The position numbers and the translations under genes are program-made. 64,000 nucleotides of DNA from an uncultured Streptococcus sp. (lineage in GTDB: Bacteria > Bacillota > Bacilli > Lactobacillales > Streptococcaceae): positions 1,578-65,577 of the forward strand of contig CAUUTJ010000002.1 in NCBI GenBank assembly GCA_963548045.1. Direction: 5' to 3'. How positions within the stretch are numbered: the stretch's first letter is position 1; each line of letters begins with the position of its first letter. Positions 1 to 10,766 of this stretch are shown piece by piece. A model generated the notes under the pieces. The model ran no database searches. It was not told the origin of the DNA and was given only the letters and a program-made list of their open reading frames with translations.

Positions 1-107
1 TGATTCATCGAATGGAAAAATTCGACCCGTCTTATATTAACTTAAATGGGAACGAAACCCTATATAATATGCTTGTTTAATATCCTATAAAATTTTTATC
101 ATATTAT

Positions 108-136
108 TTGCCTAACCTATATGCGAGTGCTATAAT
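108..136 (+). promoter_or_regulatory. SigA promoter of SPFH gene
   Basis: TTGCCT-17nt-TATAAT with TG extension. Confidence 0.7.
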
Positions 137-162
137 GTAAGTGAAGAAAGGGGGAGATTCCC

Positions 163-1068
163 ATGGTTTTACCAGTTTTACCAGTTATACTTGTTCTATT
201 AATTCTAATGCTTATTGTGGGAGTTACTCTAGTAAGTTCTGTTTATGTCGTTCGTCAACAATCTGTTGCCATTATCGAACGATTTGGTAAATATCAAAAG
301 TTAAGTAATAGTGGTATTCATCTGCGAGCACCATTTGGCATTGACAAAATTGCAGCTCGTGTACAGCTACGCCTTTTACAAAGTGAAATCGTGGTTGAAA
401 CCAAAACCCAAGATAACGTTTTTGTGACCATGAATGTCGCAACTCAATACCGTGTAAATGAGCAAAACGTTACAGATGCTTACTATAAATTGATGAGACC
501 GGAAGCTCAAATTAAATCTTATATTGAAGATGCATTACGCTCATCTGTTCCTAGATTAACTTTGGATGAATTGTTTGAGAAAAAAGATGAAATTGCATTA
601 GAAGTTCAAAAACAAGTAGCGGAAGAAATGTCAACGTATGGGTATATTATCGTTAAGACGCTCATTACCAAAGTTGAGCCGGATGCAGAAGTCAAACAAT
701 CAATGAACGAAATTAATGCTGCCCAACGTAAGAGAGTGGCAGCTCAAGAATTGGCTGAAGCAGATAAAATTAAGATCGTTACAGCGGCAGAAGCTGAGGC
801 AGAAAAAGATCGCCTCCATGGTGTGGGGATCGCAGAGCAGCGGAAAGCAATTGTTGATGGACTTGCTGATTCTATTAAAGAGTTAAAAGGAGCCAATGTC
901 GAATTAACTGAAGAACAAATTATGTCAATCCTATTAACCAATCAGTATTTAGATACATTGAATAATTTTGCAGATAAACAAGGAAATAATACTATATTCT
1001 TGCCAGCAAATCCTAATGGAGTTGAAGATATACGGACCCATATATTATCGGCTTTAAAAGCCAAATAA
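163..1068 (+). CDS. SPFH/band 7 (stomatin-like) membrane protein
   Basis: N-terminal TM helix, IERFGKY, ETKTQDNVFV, AEAEAE coiled region; GGGGAG RBS. Confidence 0.9.
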   Translation: MVLPVLPVILVLLILMLIVGVTLVSSVYVVRQQSVAIIERFGKYQKLSNSGIHLRAPFGIDKIAARVQLRLLQSEIVVETKTQDNVFVTMNVATQYRVNEQNVTDAYYKLMRPEAQIKSYIEDALRSSVPRLTLDELFEKKDEIALEVQKQVAEEMSTYGYIIVKTLITKVEPDAEVKQSMNEINAAQRKRVAAQELAEADKIKIVTAAEAEAEKDRLHGVGIAEQRKAIVDGLADSIKELKGANVELTEEQIMSILLTNQYLDTLNNFADKQGNNTIFLPANPNGVEDIRTHILSALKAK

Positions 1069-1111
1069 TCATGTTCTGAGCGCTTTAATTCAGTATATGT
1101 ATGCGTTTTTA

Positions 1112-1140
1112 TTGACAAATACTATAAAAACATATAGAAT
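1112..1140 (+). promoter_or_regulatory. SigA promoter
   Basis: TTGACA-17nt-TAGAAT. Confidence 0.8.
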
Positions 1141-1173
1141 GAAATAGCGCAAAGAAAAAAATAGGAGAATAAC

Positions 1174-1389
1174 ATGGCTAAGTCTAACTTTGAAAAAGTA
1201 GAAGCAGTTGTTAGCTGGGTTCGTGATAAGAAGATCACAGGGTATCGTATTTCTAAGGAAACGAATGCGCGTGAGATGTCTATCATTGCTTTGGCTCAAG
1301 GACGTGCAAAAGTTAAAAACATTTCCTTTGAAACAGCCCTCGGCTTAATTGATTTCTACAATAAAAATCATGAAAAATTTGAAGATTAG
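1174..1389 (+). CDS. Conserved small protein, probable Cro/XRE-like helix-turn-helix
   Basis: AGGAG RBS, own promoter and terminator; TGYRISKETN and KNISFETALGL resemble an HTH pattern. Confidence 0.75.
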   Translation: MAKSNFEKVEAVVSWVRDKKITGYRISKETNAREMSIIALAQGRAKVKNISFETALGLIDFYNKNHEKFED

Positions 1390-1400
1390 TCTTTGGATAT

Positions 1401-1472
1401 AGGCAGGTTCGAAAAGAACCTGCCTTTTCATTTTAGGAAATATAAAAAGACTGCAGGTTGCAGTCTTTTTTG
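1401..1472. terminator. Two intrinsic terminators between convergent genes
   Basis: AGGCAGGTTC/GAACCTGCCT+T and AAAAAGACTGCA/TGCAGTCTTTTT. Confidence 0.8.
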
Positions 1473-1473
1473 A

Positions 1474-2214
1474 TTATCCAAGATAGCGTTGTAAAAATTC
1501 TCTGGTACGTTCTTCTTTAGGATTGGTAAATAGATCTTCAGGTTTGCCTTCTTCTGCAATAACCCCCTTATCCATAAAGATAACACGGTTTGATACATCG
1601 CGAGCAAATTCCATTTCATGGGTTACAACGATCATGGTCAAGCCTTCTTGAGCTAGTTCTTGCATGATTTTGAGAACTTCACCGACCATTTCAGGGTCGA
1701 GGGCTGATGTAGGCTCGTCAAAGAGAATGGCATCAGGATTCATAGAAAGAGCACGAGCAATAGCCACACGTTGCTTTTGACCACCAGAAAGTTGCTTTGG
1801 TTTGGCTTGCCAGAAACGTTCTCCCATACCAACCTTTTCAAGGTTTTCTTTTGCAATTTTCTCTGCTTCTGAGCGTTCACGTTTGAGTACAGTTGTTTGG
1901 GCAACGATTGTATTTTCGAGAACATTGAGATTTTCAAAAAGGTTAAAGGACTGGAAAACCATACCTAGTTTTTCGCGATAGTGAGTCAGGTTATACCCTT
2001 TTTCAAGGACGTTTTCACCGTGATAAAGAATTTCACCTTCAGTTGGGGTTTCGAGAAGGTTGATAGAACGTAGGAAGGTTGATTTACCGCTACCGGAACT
2101 ACCGATGATAGAAATCACTTCTCCTTTATGAATAGTGAGTGAGATGTCTTTTAGGACCTCGTTTTGTCCATAGGATTTTTTGAGGTGTTTGATTTCAAGA
2201 ATGGGTTGATTCAT
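1474..2214 (-). CDS. Polar amino-acid ABC transporter ATP-binding protein
   Basis: [27 protein letters not shown]. Confidence 0.95.
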   Translation of the reverse strand: MNQPILEIKHLKKSYGQNEVLKDISLTIHKGEVISIIGSSGSGKSTFLRSINLLETPTEGEILYHGENVLEKGYNLTHYREKLGMVFQSFNLFENLNVLENTIVAQTTVLKRERSEAEKIAKENLEKVGMGERFWQAKPKQLSGGQKQRVAIARALSMNPDAILFDEPTSALDPEMVGEVLKIMQELAQEGLTMIVVTHEMEFARDVSNRVIFMDKGVIAEEGKPEDLFTNPKEERTREFLQRYLG

Positions 2215-3779
2215 TATTTCAAATCCTCCGTTTGCATTTGGTTAGCACCTGTTGTGTAGGTATCCATATCCATACGTTTTTCGATGTAACGGAGAATACG
2301 CGTTACTGTAAAGGTAAGGACAAAGTAGATAACTGCGATGATGGTAAAGGTTTGGAAGTATTGGTAGGTTTGTGTTGCTACTGTATTTCCTGAGAAGTAA
2401 AGTTCTACAACAGAGATAACGTTCAATACAGAAGTATCCTTGATGTTGATGACGAACTCATTACCAGTTGCTGGTAGAATATTTCGAACAACTTGAGGCA
2501 AAACAATCTTACGCATGGTTTGATTATGAGTCATACCAAGTGCAGTTGCCGCTTCGAATTGTCCCTTATCAACAGCCAGAATACCACCACGGACGATTTC
2601 TGTCATGTAGGCACCCGTATTGATAGAAACGATAAAGATAGCAGCCAGTGTTCGGTCTAGGTTGATTCCAAAGGCTTGTGCAGTACCATAGTAGATAACC
2701 ATGGCTTGTACAATCATAGGCGTACCACGGAAAATTTCAATATAGACGTTGAGAATCCAGCCAAGTAGATTTTGGATTACGTAGATAAATTGATTTTCAG
2801 ATTGAGGTGCAGTACGGAAGACACCGATAGCAAGACCAATGATGAGACCGACGATAGTACCGATAATGGAAATGAGAAGAGTAATACCTGCACCACGCAA
2901 GAGTTGTTGCCAGTTCTCAGATAGAATTTTAGCAACTTGGCCAAAGAAATTACTGTTGCTTTCTTCAGTTGTTGTAGATTCGGCAGGTTGCTCTTTGATC
3001 ATACGATCCATGAGCGCAACTTGTTCTTCTTTAGAAATGGTTTCGATACTAGCGTTGATTTGACTGATACGTTCGTCGTCTTTACGTAAACCGATAGCGA
3101 TAGATGTATCTTCCTCCCCAGTTTTAAAGCCAGGTTCAGGTTGAATCATTTTAAACTTAGCGTTTGCTGATTCAGCAGTTAAGGCTTCTGGACGTTCAGA
3201 GACATAGGCATCGATGACCCCAGCTTCAAGAGCTTGTCGCATTTGCGCAAAATCACCCATAGCAGTTTCTTTCTTAGCACCTGAGATTTGTGAAATCAAG
3301 TCATATAGATAAACACCTTGTTGAGAAGTGATTTTTGCTCCGCTAAAATCCTCTAGTGATTTAGCATTTGCATAGGCAGAATCCTTCTTGACCAAAAGTA
3401 CTGGTTCGCTAGTGTAGTAGCTGCTTGAGAAGGCAATTTCTTGTTTGCGTTCAGCAGTTGGGCTCATACCTGCAATGATCATATCGATTTTACCAGAGGT
3501 AAGGGCTGGAACGAGTCCTTCCCATTTAGTTTTTACAACCAAAGGTTCTTTACCAAGGTCCTTAGCAATCTTTTTAGCTATTTGGACATCATACCCGTTG
3601 GCATATTGATTGGTTCCATCGATTTTGACAGCACCATTACTGTCGTCATCCTGAGTCCAGTTAAAAGGTGCGTAAGCTGCCTCCATTCCGATGCGTAAAT
3701 ATTCATCGGCTTGGACCTGGCTAACTAGTCCTAGAGTAAGGGCTAGGCTAGCAAGGATAGATAAGCATAATTTTTTCAT
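2214..3779 (-). CDS. Polar amino-acid ABC transporter, fused substrate-binding/permease protein
   Basis: Signal peptide from MKKLCLS (AGGAG RBS, start reassigned), SBP family 3 domain, FRGTP and [10 protein letters not shown] permease motifs. Confidence 0.92.
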   Translation of the reverse strand: MKKLCLSILASLALTLGLVSQVQADEYLRIGMEAAYAPFNWTQDDDSNGAVKIDGTNQYANGYDVQIAKKIAKDLGKEPLVVKTKWEGLVPALTSGKIDMIIAGMSPTAERKQEIAFSSSYYTSEPVLLVKKDSAYANAKSLEDFSGAKITSQQGVYLYDLISQISGAKKETAMGDFAQMRQALEAGVIDAYVSERPEALTAESANAKFKMIQPEPGFKTGEEDTSIAIGLRKDDERISQINASIETISKEEQVALMDRMIKEQPAESTTTEESNSNFFGQVAKILSENWQQLLRGAGITLLISIIGTIVGLIIGLAIGVFRTAPQSENQFIYVIQNLLGWILNVYIEIFRGTPMIVQAMVIYYGTAQAFGINLDRTLAAIFIVSINTGAYMTEIVRGGILAVDKGQFEAATALGMTHNQTMRKIVLPQVVRNILPATGNEFVINIKDTSVLNVISVVELYFSGNTVATQTYQYFQTFTIIAVIYFVLTFTVTRILRYIEKRMDMDTYTTGANQMQTEDLK

Positions 3780-3909
3780 GTTTTCTCCTATTTCTAGTCT
3801 AAAAATGGCTCCCTCTATTGTATCTAAAAATGGTAAGATTTTCAATACAAGTAAACCTTTACTTGTAAAAAATGATATAATAGTGAAAAAACTTGGAAGG
3901 CAGTGTAAG

Positions 3910-5805
3910 ATGAAAAAGAAATGGCTATTGGCTTTGATATTCACCTGTTTCCTTTTTGTACCGCGCTTGGTTTTTGCTGTAGACTTTGATATTTTATCCT
4001 ATAAGGGAGATTTGAATATTCATGCAGATAATACAGCAGTTTTCAAAGAAACAATTACCTACCATTTTAAAGATAATTTTAATGGTCAATTGATTGGGCT
4101 CGGTAAAGCAGGGAAGATGCCAAAGGGATTTGAGATTGATGATGACCCAACTGTCCTTGTATCTAAAAATGGGCAAATCGTTCAGGATGTTCTCTCATAT
4201 ACTAAGGAAGAAGAGGATGGCTACAAGGTCATCATTCTTAATCCAGGAAATGCAGGAGATACTGTTCGGGTAACCGTTACTTGGCAACTGTCAAATATTC
4301 TCTTTTTGTATAACGACATCGCGGAGCTAAATTGGCAACCACTGACAGATAGTTCTGGGGATATCAAAGATTTAGAATTTCGAGTAACTTCAGATAGTCC
4401 TGCAGAGAAACTCTTTTTCCATACTGGCAAACTCCTCAACGAGGGAAGTGTCGAAAAAATCAATGATATCTACTGGGTTAAAATGAAGGATCTTCCTAAA
4501 AAACGTCAAGTTGAACTTCATGCCTATTGGCCGAGAGAGGCTTTCTCAAGTGCTCCGAGTCAGGGTCTAAATGAAGAAAATTTAAGCAACTTCAAAAGAG
4601 TTGAGGTAGAAATAAAAGCCAATAAAGTGCAGGCAAACGTCATGATAAAATGGATTTTCCCAACTTTCTTTATGGCTTTATTGCTACTTACTATCATGTA
4701 TTATCGAGCCTTTCGCAAACAGATAAGTCTCCAAAAAGTATATCCGAAGAATCATCGACTTTACGAACCTCCAATGGACTTACCTCCAATGGTTTTGGCA
4801 GAAGCAATCTATTCAACCTCCTTAGAGGAAGTTAGTCCCCTAAATAAGCATAAGTTTGGTAAGTTCACTTTTGAACAACTAATCCAGGCAACCTTGTTGG
4901 ACTTAGTCGATCGTGGGCATTTATCCATTTTTCAGGGTGAAGAGGAACCGTGGATAAAAATTAATAGTGAAAAAGGCTTGTCTAATTTTGAAAAAGAATG
5001 TTTACGCATGACTCTTTCAACTAAGAAAGAAATTGCTTTATCTGACCTTTTCCTTGAATATCAAGTTTCTTCAACTTTGTTTCATGGTGCTAAGGAAGCT
5101 GATGAGAAACATATTCGAGAATTCGGATTACATCTAAAACGTTCTTTTGAGAGACGACTTCAACGTATGCAAAGTTGTGTTCGAGACAAGGTGAAAATTT
5201 TACGACTTCCGAGCTACTATCGTCCTTTGACGGATACAGAAAATAATCTTGTGAAGAAAATGAAATTCTGTTCGGCTGTAACAGGACTTATCGGCCTTCT
5301 CATTTTCTACTATAGTCTAAGAACCTGTGGTTATTTCTCAATTCCTTTACTTTCCCTCGGTTTACTGGGCTTACTTGCCAGTGCCTTAGTTCATTTTGCG
5401 ACACGAGGGCCATCTCGTGACGGTGTCTTAAATGAAGAAGGAGCAGAAGCATTTTATCTCTGGATAAGTTTTGAAAATATGCTTCGGGATATTGCCCATT
5501 TAGAGAAGGCTGAACTAGAAAGTATTGTTGTTTGGAATCGACTTTTGGTTTATGCAACTCTATATGGATGTGCTAAGAAAGTGAACAAAATCATGAAGCT
5601 CCATAACATACAGCTTGGAAATGCAGATATGAATCTTTATGTATATTGTGGATGGGATACCAACTTTCATGCATCAATCTCTCATATAAACCATTATGCA
5701 ACCATCGCAAATACAGCAAGTACTTTTTCTGTATCATCCGGAAGTGGTAGCTCTGGTGGAGGTTTCTCGGGCGGTGGTGGCGGAGGAAGTATTGGTGCTT
5801 TCTAA
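3910..5805 (+). CDS. DUF2207-family membrane protein
   Basis: Signal peptide from MKKKWLL (start reassigned), ELNWQPL, TM segments, Gly/Ser tail GGGFSGGGGGGSIGAF. Confidence 0.85.
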   Translation: MKKKWLLALIFTCFLFVPRLVFAVDFDILSYKGDLNIHADNTAVFKETITYHFKDNFNGQLIGLGKAGKMPKGFEIDDDPTVLVSKNGQIVQDVLSYTKEEEDGYKVIILNPGNAGDTVRVTVTWQLSNILFLYNDIAELNWQPLTDSSGDIKDLEFRVTSDSPAEKLFFHTGKLLNEGSVEKINDIYWVKMKDLPKKRQVELHAYWPREAFSSAPSQGLNEENLSNFKRVEVEIKANKVQANVMIKWIFPTFFMALLLLTIMYYRAFRKQISLQKVYPKNHRLYEPPMDLPPMVLAEAIYSTSLEEVSPLNKHKFGKFTFEQLIQATLLDLVDRGHLSIFQGEEEPWIKINSEKGLSNFEKECLRMTLSTKKEIALSDLFLEYQVSSTLFHGAKEADEKHIREFGLHLKRSFERRLQRMQSCVRDKVKILRLPSYYRPLTDTENNLVKKMKFCSAVTGLIGLLIFYYSLRTCGYFSIPLLSLGLLGLLASALVHFATRGPSRDGVLNEEGAEAFYLWISFENMLRDIAHLEKAELESIVVWNRLLVYATLYGCAKKVNKIMKLHNIQLGNADMNLYVYCGWDTNFHASISHINHYATIANTASTFSVSSGSGSSGGGFSGGGGGGSIGAF

Positions 5806-5866
5806 AGAAAACTAAACACAGCCTTTAAAAGTATGATATAATGGAGGATAGAAAAAGGAGTAATCT

Positions 5867-6712
5867 ATGTATTTTTTTGAAATTTTAAAATCTATCTTTT
5901 TTGGGATTGTTGAAGGAATTACGGAATGGTTGCCGATTTCAAGTACTGGTCACTTGATTTTAGCAGAAGAGTTTATTCAGTATAAAGATCAAAATGAAGC
6001 CTTCATGTCTATGTTTAACGTAGTCATTCAACTGGGTGCTATCCTAGCCGTTATGGTTATCTACTTTAACAAACTTAATCCTTTCAAACCAGGCAAGGAT
6101 AAAGTGCAAGTTCGTAGAACTTGGCAATTATGGTCCAAAGTATTTGTGGCTACACTTCCTTTATTAGCCGTTTTTAAATTTGATGATTGGTTTGAAACCC
6201 ATTTCTATAATAAAGTTTCAGTAGCCATCATGTTGATTGTTTATGGGGTTGCCTTCATCTATCTTGAAAAACGAAACAAGGCACAAGCTATTGAGCCAAC
6301 AGTTACTGACTTAGACAAATTACCTTATAAAACAGCATTGTATATTGGCCTTTTCCAAGTCTTGGCCCTTTTACCAGGAACTAGCCGTTCAGGTGCCACT
6401 ATCGTCGGTGGTTTGTTAAATGGAACCAGTCGTTCAGTGGTGACAGAGTTTACCTTCTATCTAGGAATTCCAGTTATGTTTGGAGCCAGTGCCTTGAAGA
6501 TTTTTAAATTCATCAAAGCAGGGGAAGTATTGAGTTTTGGTCAATTCTTCTTGCTCCTAGTCGCCATGGTAGTCGCTTTTGCAGTCAGCATGGTTGCTAT
6601 TCGTTTCTTGACCGGCTATGTAAAAAAACACGACTTCACAGTCTTCGGTAAATACCGTATTGTTCTTGGTAGTGTCTTGTTGCTTTATAGCTTTGTTCGA
6701 TTATTTGTATAA
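5867..6712 (+). CDS. uppP: Undecaprenyl-diphosphatase
   Basis: [14 protein letters not shown] and PGTSRSGAT motifs. Confidence 0.96.
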   Translation: MYFFEILKSIFFGIVEGITEWLPISSTGHLILAEEFIQYKDQNEAFMSMFNVVIQLGAILAVMVIYFNKLNPFKPGKDKVQVRRTWQLWSKVFVATLPLLAVFKFDDWFETHFYNKVSVAIMLIVYGVAFIYLEKRNKAQAIEPTVTDLDKLPYKTALYIGLFQVLALLPGTSRSGATIVGGLLNGTSRSVVTEFTFYLGIPVMFGASALKIFKFIKAGEVLSFGQFFLLLVAMVVAFAVSMVAIRFLTGYVKKHDFTVFGKYRIVLGSVLLLYSFVRLFV

Positions 6713-6713
6713 G

Positions 6714-6748
6714 AAAAAACCTTGAGGGAAGTTTCCTTCAAGGTTTTT
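6714..6748. terminator. Bidirectional terminator uppP/dinB
   Basis: AAAAACCTTGAGGGAA/TTCCTTCAAGGTTTTT. Confidence 0.8.
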
Positions 6749-7808
6749 AAAACCCAGTCACTGTGACTCCCAATAAACGGACGCCTTTATCCTTATCACT
6801 GAGTGTTTCGTAGAGTTGAATAATGCATTGAGCGATGAGTTCTGAGTCTTGTGTTTGTTGGCTCAGTGTTTTTCGTTTTGTCAAAGTAGTAAAATCAGCG
6901 TAGCGAATTTTTAAGATGACAACCTTACCTGTTTTTTCATATTTTTGAAGACTAAGAGCGACTTTTTCCGAAAGGAGAGTTAGCTCTTTTTTGATATCTT
7001 CATCAAGGCTGAGAATCTTACTATAGGTTTTTTCTTTGCCAATAGATTTACGAATGCGATTTGATTTGACGGGCGAATTATCAATACCACGAGCCTTTCG
7101 GTAAAGGTCAAATCCAAGTCGTCCAAAACGATCAATAAGCGTAATTTCAGAGATTTCTATGAGATCAGCTCCTGTGAATACATCCATTTGATGCAATTTC
7201 TCAACAGTTTTCTTGCCAACGCCGTGGAATTTAGCAATATTCATTTGTTTGAGGAAATTTTCGGCTTCTTCAGGGAGAATAACCGTCAAACCACGAGGTT
7301 TTTGATAGTCACTAGCCATTTTAGCTAAAAATTTATTGTATGATACACCGGCAGAAGCGGTCAGATGGAGTTCTTGCCAAATATCCTGCTGAATTAAGCG
7401 AGCAATCTTAACGGCAGATTTGATACCGAGTTTGTTTTCAGTTACGTCTAGATAGGCTTCATCGATACTCATAGGCTCAATTTTATCTGTATATCGTTTG
7501 AAAATAGCTCGTATCTGTTGACCGACAGCAGTATATTTTTCGTAGTTTCCGGAAATGAAAACGGCTTGTGGACAACGCTCGTAGGCCTCTTTGGAACTCA
7601 TAGCTGAGTGGATGCCAAAGGCTCTCGCTTCATAACTACAAGTCGAAACAACTCCGCGACCTCCTGTTTTTCTTGGGTCGCTACCAATAATAACGGGTTT
7701 CCCTTTTAGTTTGGGATTGTCTCGAATTTCTACCGCAGCAAAAAAGGCATCCATGTCAATATGGATGATTTTACGAGATAAATCATTCATTAGTGGAAAT
7801 ATCAGCAT
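6747..7808 (-). CDS. dinB: DNA polymerase IV
   Basis: [28 protein letters not shown]. Confidence 0.96.
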   Translation of the reverse strand: MLIFPLMNDLSRKIIHIDMDAFFAAVEIRDNPKLKGKPVIIGSDPRKTGGRGVVSTCSYEARAFGIHSAMSSKEAYERCPQAVFISGNYEKYTAVGQQIRAIFKRYTDKIEPMSIDEAYLDVTENKLGIKSAVKIARLIQQDIWQELHLTASAGVSYNKFLAKMASDYQKPRGLTVILPEEAENFLKQMNIAKFHGVGKKTVEKLHQMDVFTGADLIEISEITLIDRFGRLGFDLYRKARGIDNSPVKSNRIRKSIGKEKTYSKILSLDEDIKKELTLLSEKVALSLQKYEKTGKVVILKIRYADFTTLTKRKTLSQQTQDSELIAQCIIQLYETLSDKDKGVRLLGVTVTGF

Positions 7809-7965
7809 GCGATGACCTTTCTTTGATAGAATTACTAGCTATATTATAACCTTTTTCAGAAAAAATAGGAAATAGCTGTTCTGTTTTCAAAAATATAATA
7901 CAGAATAACTAAAAAATTGAACTGTATTATAAAAGAAAGTGGCAAAAATGACTAATTTTAGTTGT

Positions 7966-7991
7966 TGAAATCGTTTACTGTGTGGTATACT
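7966..7991 (+). promoter_or_regulatory. cre (CcpA) site and extended -10 of pfl promoter
   Basis: TGAAATCGTTTACT close to TGWAANCGNTNWCA; TGGTATACT. Confidence 0.6.
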
Positions 7992-8046
7992 GAATACATG
8001 AATGTAACAGATGACTGTTACTAGAAAGATAAAAGAGGACATTAAC

Positions 8047-10362
8047 ATGGTTGTTAAGACAGTTGTTGAAGCACAGGACATTTTTGACAAAGCCTGGGAA
8101 GGCTTTAAAGGTGTTGACTGGAAAGAAAAAGCAAGTGTATCACGCTTTGTACAAGCTAACTACACACCTTATGATGGAGATGAAAGCTTCCTTGCAGGAC
8201 CAACAGAACGTTCACTTCACATCAAAAAAATCGTAGAAGAAACTAAAGCACACTACGAAGAAACTCGTTTCCCAATGGACACTCGTCCAACTTCTATTGC
8301 TGATATTCCTGCTGGATTTATCGACAAAGAAAACGAATTGATTTATGGTATCCAAAACGATGAACTCTTCAAATTGAACTTCATGCCAAAAGGTGGTATC
8401 CGTATGGCTGAAACTACTTTGAAAGAAAATGGATACGAACCAGATCCAGCTGTTCACGAAATTTTCACTAAATACGTAACAACTGTTAACGATGGTATCT
8501 TCCGTGCTTACACTTCAAACATCCGTCGTGCGCGTCACGCTCACACTGTAACTGGTCTTCCAGATGCATACTCACGTGGACGTATCATTGGTGTTTACGC
8601 ACGTCTTGCTCTTTATGGTGCAGACTACTTGATGCAAGAAAAAGTAAACGATTGGAACTCAATCGAAGAAATCGATGAAGAAACAATCCGTCTTCGTGAA
8701 GAAATCAACCTTCAATATCAAGCATTGCAACAAGTTGTACGCTTGGGTGATCTTTACGGAGTTGACGTTCGCAAACCAGCGATGAACGTTAAAGAAGCTA
8801 TCCAATGGGTAAACATTGCCTTCATGGCTGTCTGCCGTGTTATCAACGGTGCTGCTACATCTCTAGGACGTGTGCCAATCGTATTGGACATCTTTGCAGA
8901 ACGTGACCTTGCTCGTGGAACATTTACTGAATCAGAAATCCAAGAATTTGTTGATGATTTCGTTATGAAACTTCGTACAGTTAAATTTGCTCGTACAAAA
9001 GCTTACGACCAATTGTACTCAGGTGACCCAACCTTCATCACAACTTCTATGGCTGGTATGGGTAACGACGGACGTCACCGTGTTACTAAGATGGACTACC
9101 GTTTCTTGAACACTTTGGACAACATCGGTAACTCTCCAGAACCAAACTTGACAGTTCTTTGGACTGACAAATTGCCATACAGCTTCCGTCGCTACTGTAT
9201 GCACATGAGCCACAAACACTCTTCTATCCAATACGAAGGTGTAACAACAATGGCCAAAGACGGATACGGTGAAATGAGCTGTATCTCATGTTGTGTATCT
9301 CCACTTGACCCAGAAAACGAAGAACAACGCCACAACATCCAATACTTCGGTGCTCGTGTTAACGTTCTTAAAGCTCTTCTTACTGGTTTGAACGGTGGTT
9401 ACGACGATGTTCATAAAGACTACAAAGTATTTGACATCGAACCAATCCGTGACGAAGTTCTTGAATTCGAATCAGTTAAAGCTAACTTCGAAAAATCTCT
9501 TGACTGGTTGACTGACACTTACGTAGATGCTTTGAACATCATCCACTACATGACTGATAAGTACAACTACGAAGCTGTTCAAATGGCCTTCTTGCCAACT
9601 AAACAACGTGCTAACATGGGATTCGGTATCTGTGGATTTGCTAACACTGTTGATACATTGTCAGCTATCAAATACGCTACAGTTAAACCAATCCGTGACG
9701 AAAATGGCTACATCTACGATTACGAAACAATCGGTGAATACCCACGTTGGGGTGAAGATGACCCACGTTCAAACGAATTGGCAGAATGGTTGATCGAAGC
9801 TTACACAACTCGTCTACGTAGCCACAAACTTTACAAAGACGCAGAAGCTACTGTATCACTTTTGACAATCACATCTAACGTTGCTTACTCTAAACAAACT
9901 GGTAACTCACCAGTCCACAAAGGTGTATACCTCAACGAAGATGGTTCTGTGAACTTGTCTAAACTTGAATTCTTCTCACCAGGTGCTAACCCATCTAACA
10001 AAGCTAAAGGTGGATGGTTGCAAAACTTGAACTCACTTGCTAGCCTTGACTTTGGTTATGCAGCTGATGGTATCTCATTGACAACTCAAGTTTCACCACG
10101 TGCTCTTGGTAAAACTCGTGACGAACAAGTTGATAACTTGGTAACAATCCTTGATGGTTACTTCGAAAACGGTGGACAACACGTTAACTTGAACGTTATG
10201 GACTTGAACGATGTTTACGAAAAGATCATGTCAGGTGAAGACGTAATCGTTCGTATCTCTGGATACTGTGTAAACACTAAATACCTCACTCCAGAACAAA
10301 AAACTGAATTGACACAACGTGTCTTCCACGAAGTTCTTTCAATGGATGATGCATTGAGCTAA
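8047..10362 (+). CDS. pflB: Pyruvate formate-lyase
   Basis: ISCCVS active-site cysteines, RISGY glycyl-radical motif; GAGGA RBS before MVVKTVV. Confidence 0.97.
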   Translation: MVVKTVVEAQDIFDKAWEGFKGVDWKEKASVSRFVQANYTPYDGDESFLAGPTERSLHIKKIVEETKAHYEETRFPMDTRPTSIADIPAGFIDKENELIYGIQNDELFKLNFMPKGGIRMAETTLKENGYEPDPAVHEIFTKYVTTVNDGIFRAYTSNIRRARHAHTVTGLPDAYSRGRIIGVYARLALYGADYLMQEKVNDWNSIEEIDEETIRLREEINLQYQALQQVVRLGDLYGVDVRKPAMNVKEAIQWVNIAFMAVCRVINGAATSLGRVPIVLDIFAERDLARGTFTESEIQEFVDDFVMKLRTVKFARTKAYDQLYSGDPTFITTSMAGMGNDGRHRVTKMDYRFLNTLDNIGNSPEPNLTVLWTDKLPYSFRRYCMHMSHKHSSIQYEGVTTMAKDGYGEMSCISCCVSPLDPENEEQRHNIQYFGARVNVLKALLTGLNGGYDDVHKDYKVFDIEPIRDEVLEFESVKANFEKSLDWLTDTYVDALNIIHYMTDKYNYEAVQMAFLPTKQRANMGFGICGFANTVDTLSAIKYATVKPIRDENGYIYDYETIGEYPRWGEDDPRSNELAEWLIEAYTTRLRSHKLYKDAEATVSLLTITSNVAYSKQTGNSPVHKGVYLNEDGSVNLSKLEFFSPGANPSNKAKGGWLQNLNSLASLDFGYAADGISLTTQVSPRALGKTRDEQVDNLVTILDGYFENGGQHVNLNVMDLNDVYEKIMSGEDVIVRISGYCVNTKYLTPEQKTELTQRVFHEVLSMDDALS

Positions 10363-10382
10363 GATTCATAAATAGTAAATCG

Positions 10383-10409
10383 AAAACCAGTCATTTTGAC
10401 TGGTTTTTT
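10383..10409 (+). terminator. pfl terminator
   Basis: AAAACCAGTCA/TGACTGGTTTTT. Confidence 0.85.
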
Positions 10410-10437
10410 AGTATTAAAAAAATATTTAAAAAAAGTT

Positions 10438-10487
10438 GGTCAATTTTGGTCAAAACTCTTGACTAATACTGACCAAAGTGATATACT
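10438..10487 (+). promoter_or_regulatory. CtsR boxes overlapping SigA promoter upstream of clpL
   Basis: GGTCAATTTTGGTCAAA plus inverted TTGACTAATACTGACC; TTGACT-17nt-TATACT with TG. Confidence 0.8.
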
Positions 10488-10706
10488 AAGAACATAAGGA
10501 TGAGAAAATCCTTAGAAAACCTTGATTTTAAGGTGATTGTGTAATTTATCTTAAGATCAAAGTATGGGTAAAACCTAGAAATGAGGTACAACCTATAATG
10601 AACATTAGTATTTTTAGAATTCCAATTACAAAATCTATATTGGATAAAGAAAAACCAGAAATTATACGTAGAGTAGCAAATTGCTAGTCTAAATTTTTTA
10701 AAACAA

Positions 10707-10735
10707 AGGTCAGAGAAAGTCAAAGTTATTTGACT
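10707..10735 (+). promoter_or_regulatory. Second CtsR box array near clpL start
   Basis: AGGTCAGAGAAAGTCAAA followed by inverted half-site TTTGACT. Confidence 0.7.
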
Positions 10736-10766
10736 AACTAATTTTGAATTTAACGAGGTATGAAAT

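Noticed and set aside
166..187. Tandem GTTTTACCA repeat at start of SPFH gene
   Set aside because: Only about two in-frame 9-nt copies (VLP-VLP); too short to support phase variation
3691..3944. Overlapping N-terminal extensions of the 576-aa and 704-aa ORFs
   Set aside because: ORF-caller artefact; RBS and signal peptides support starts at 3779 (-) and 3910 (+) with divergent promoters between
10500..10544. 14-codon ORF MRKSLENLDFKVIV at the start of the clpL leader
   Set aside because: AAGG abuts the ATG with no spacer and the ORF runs into the long stem; weaker than the 29-aa candidate
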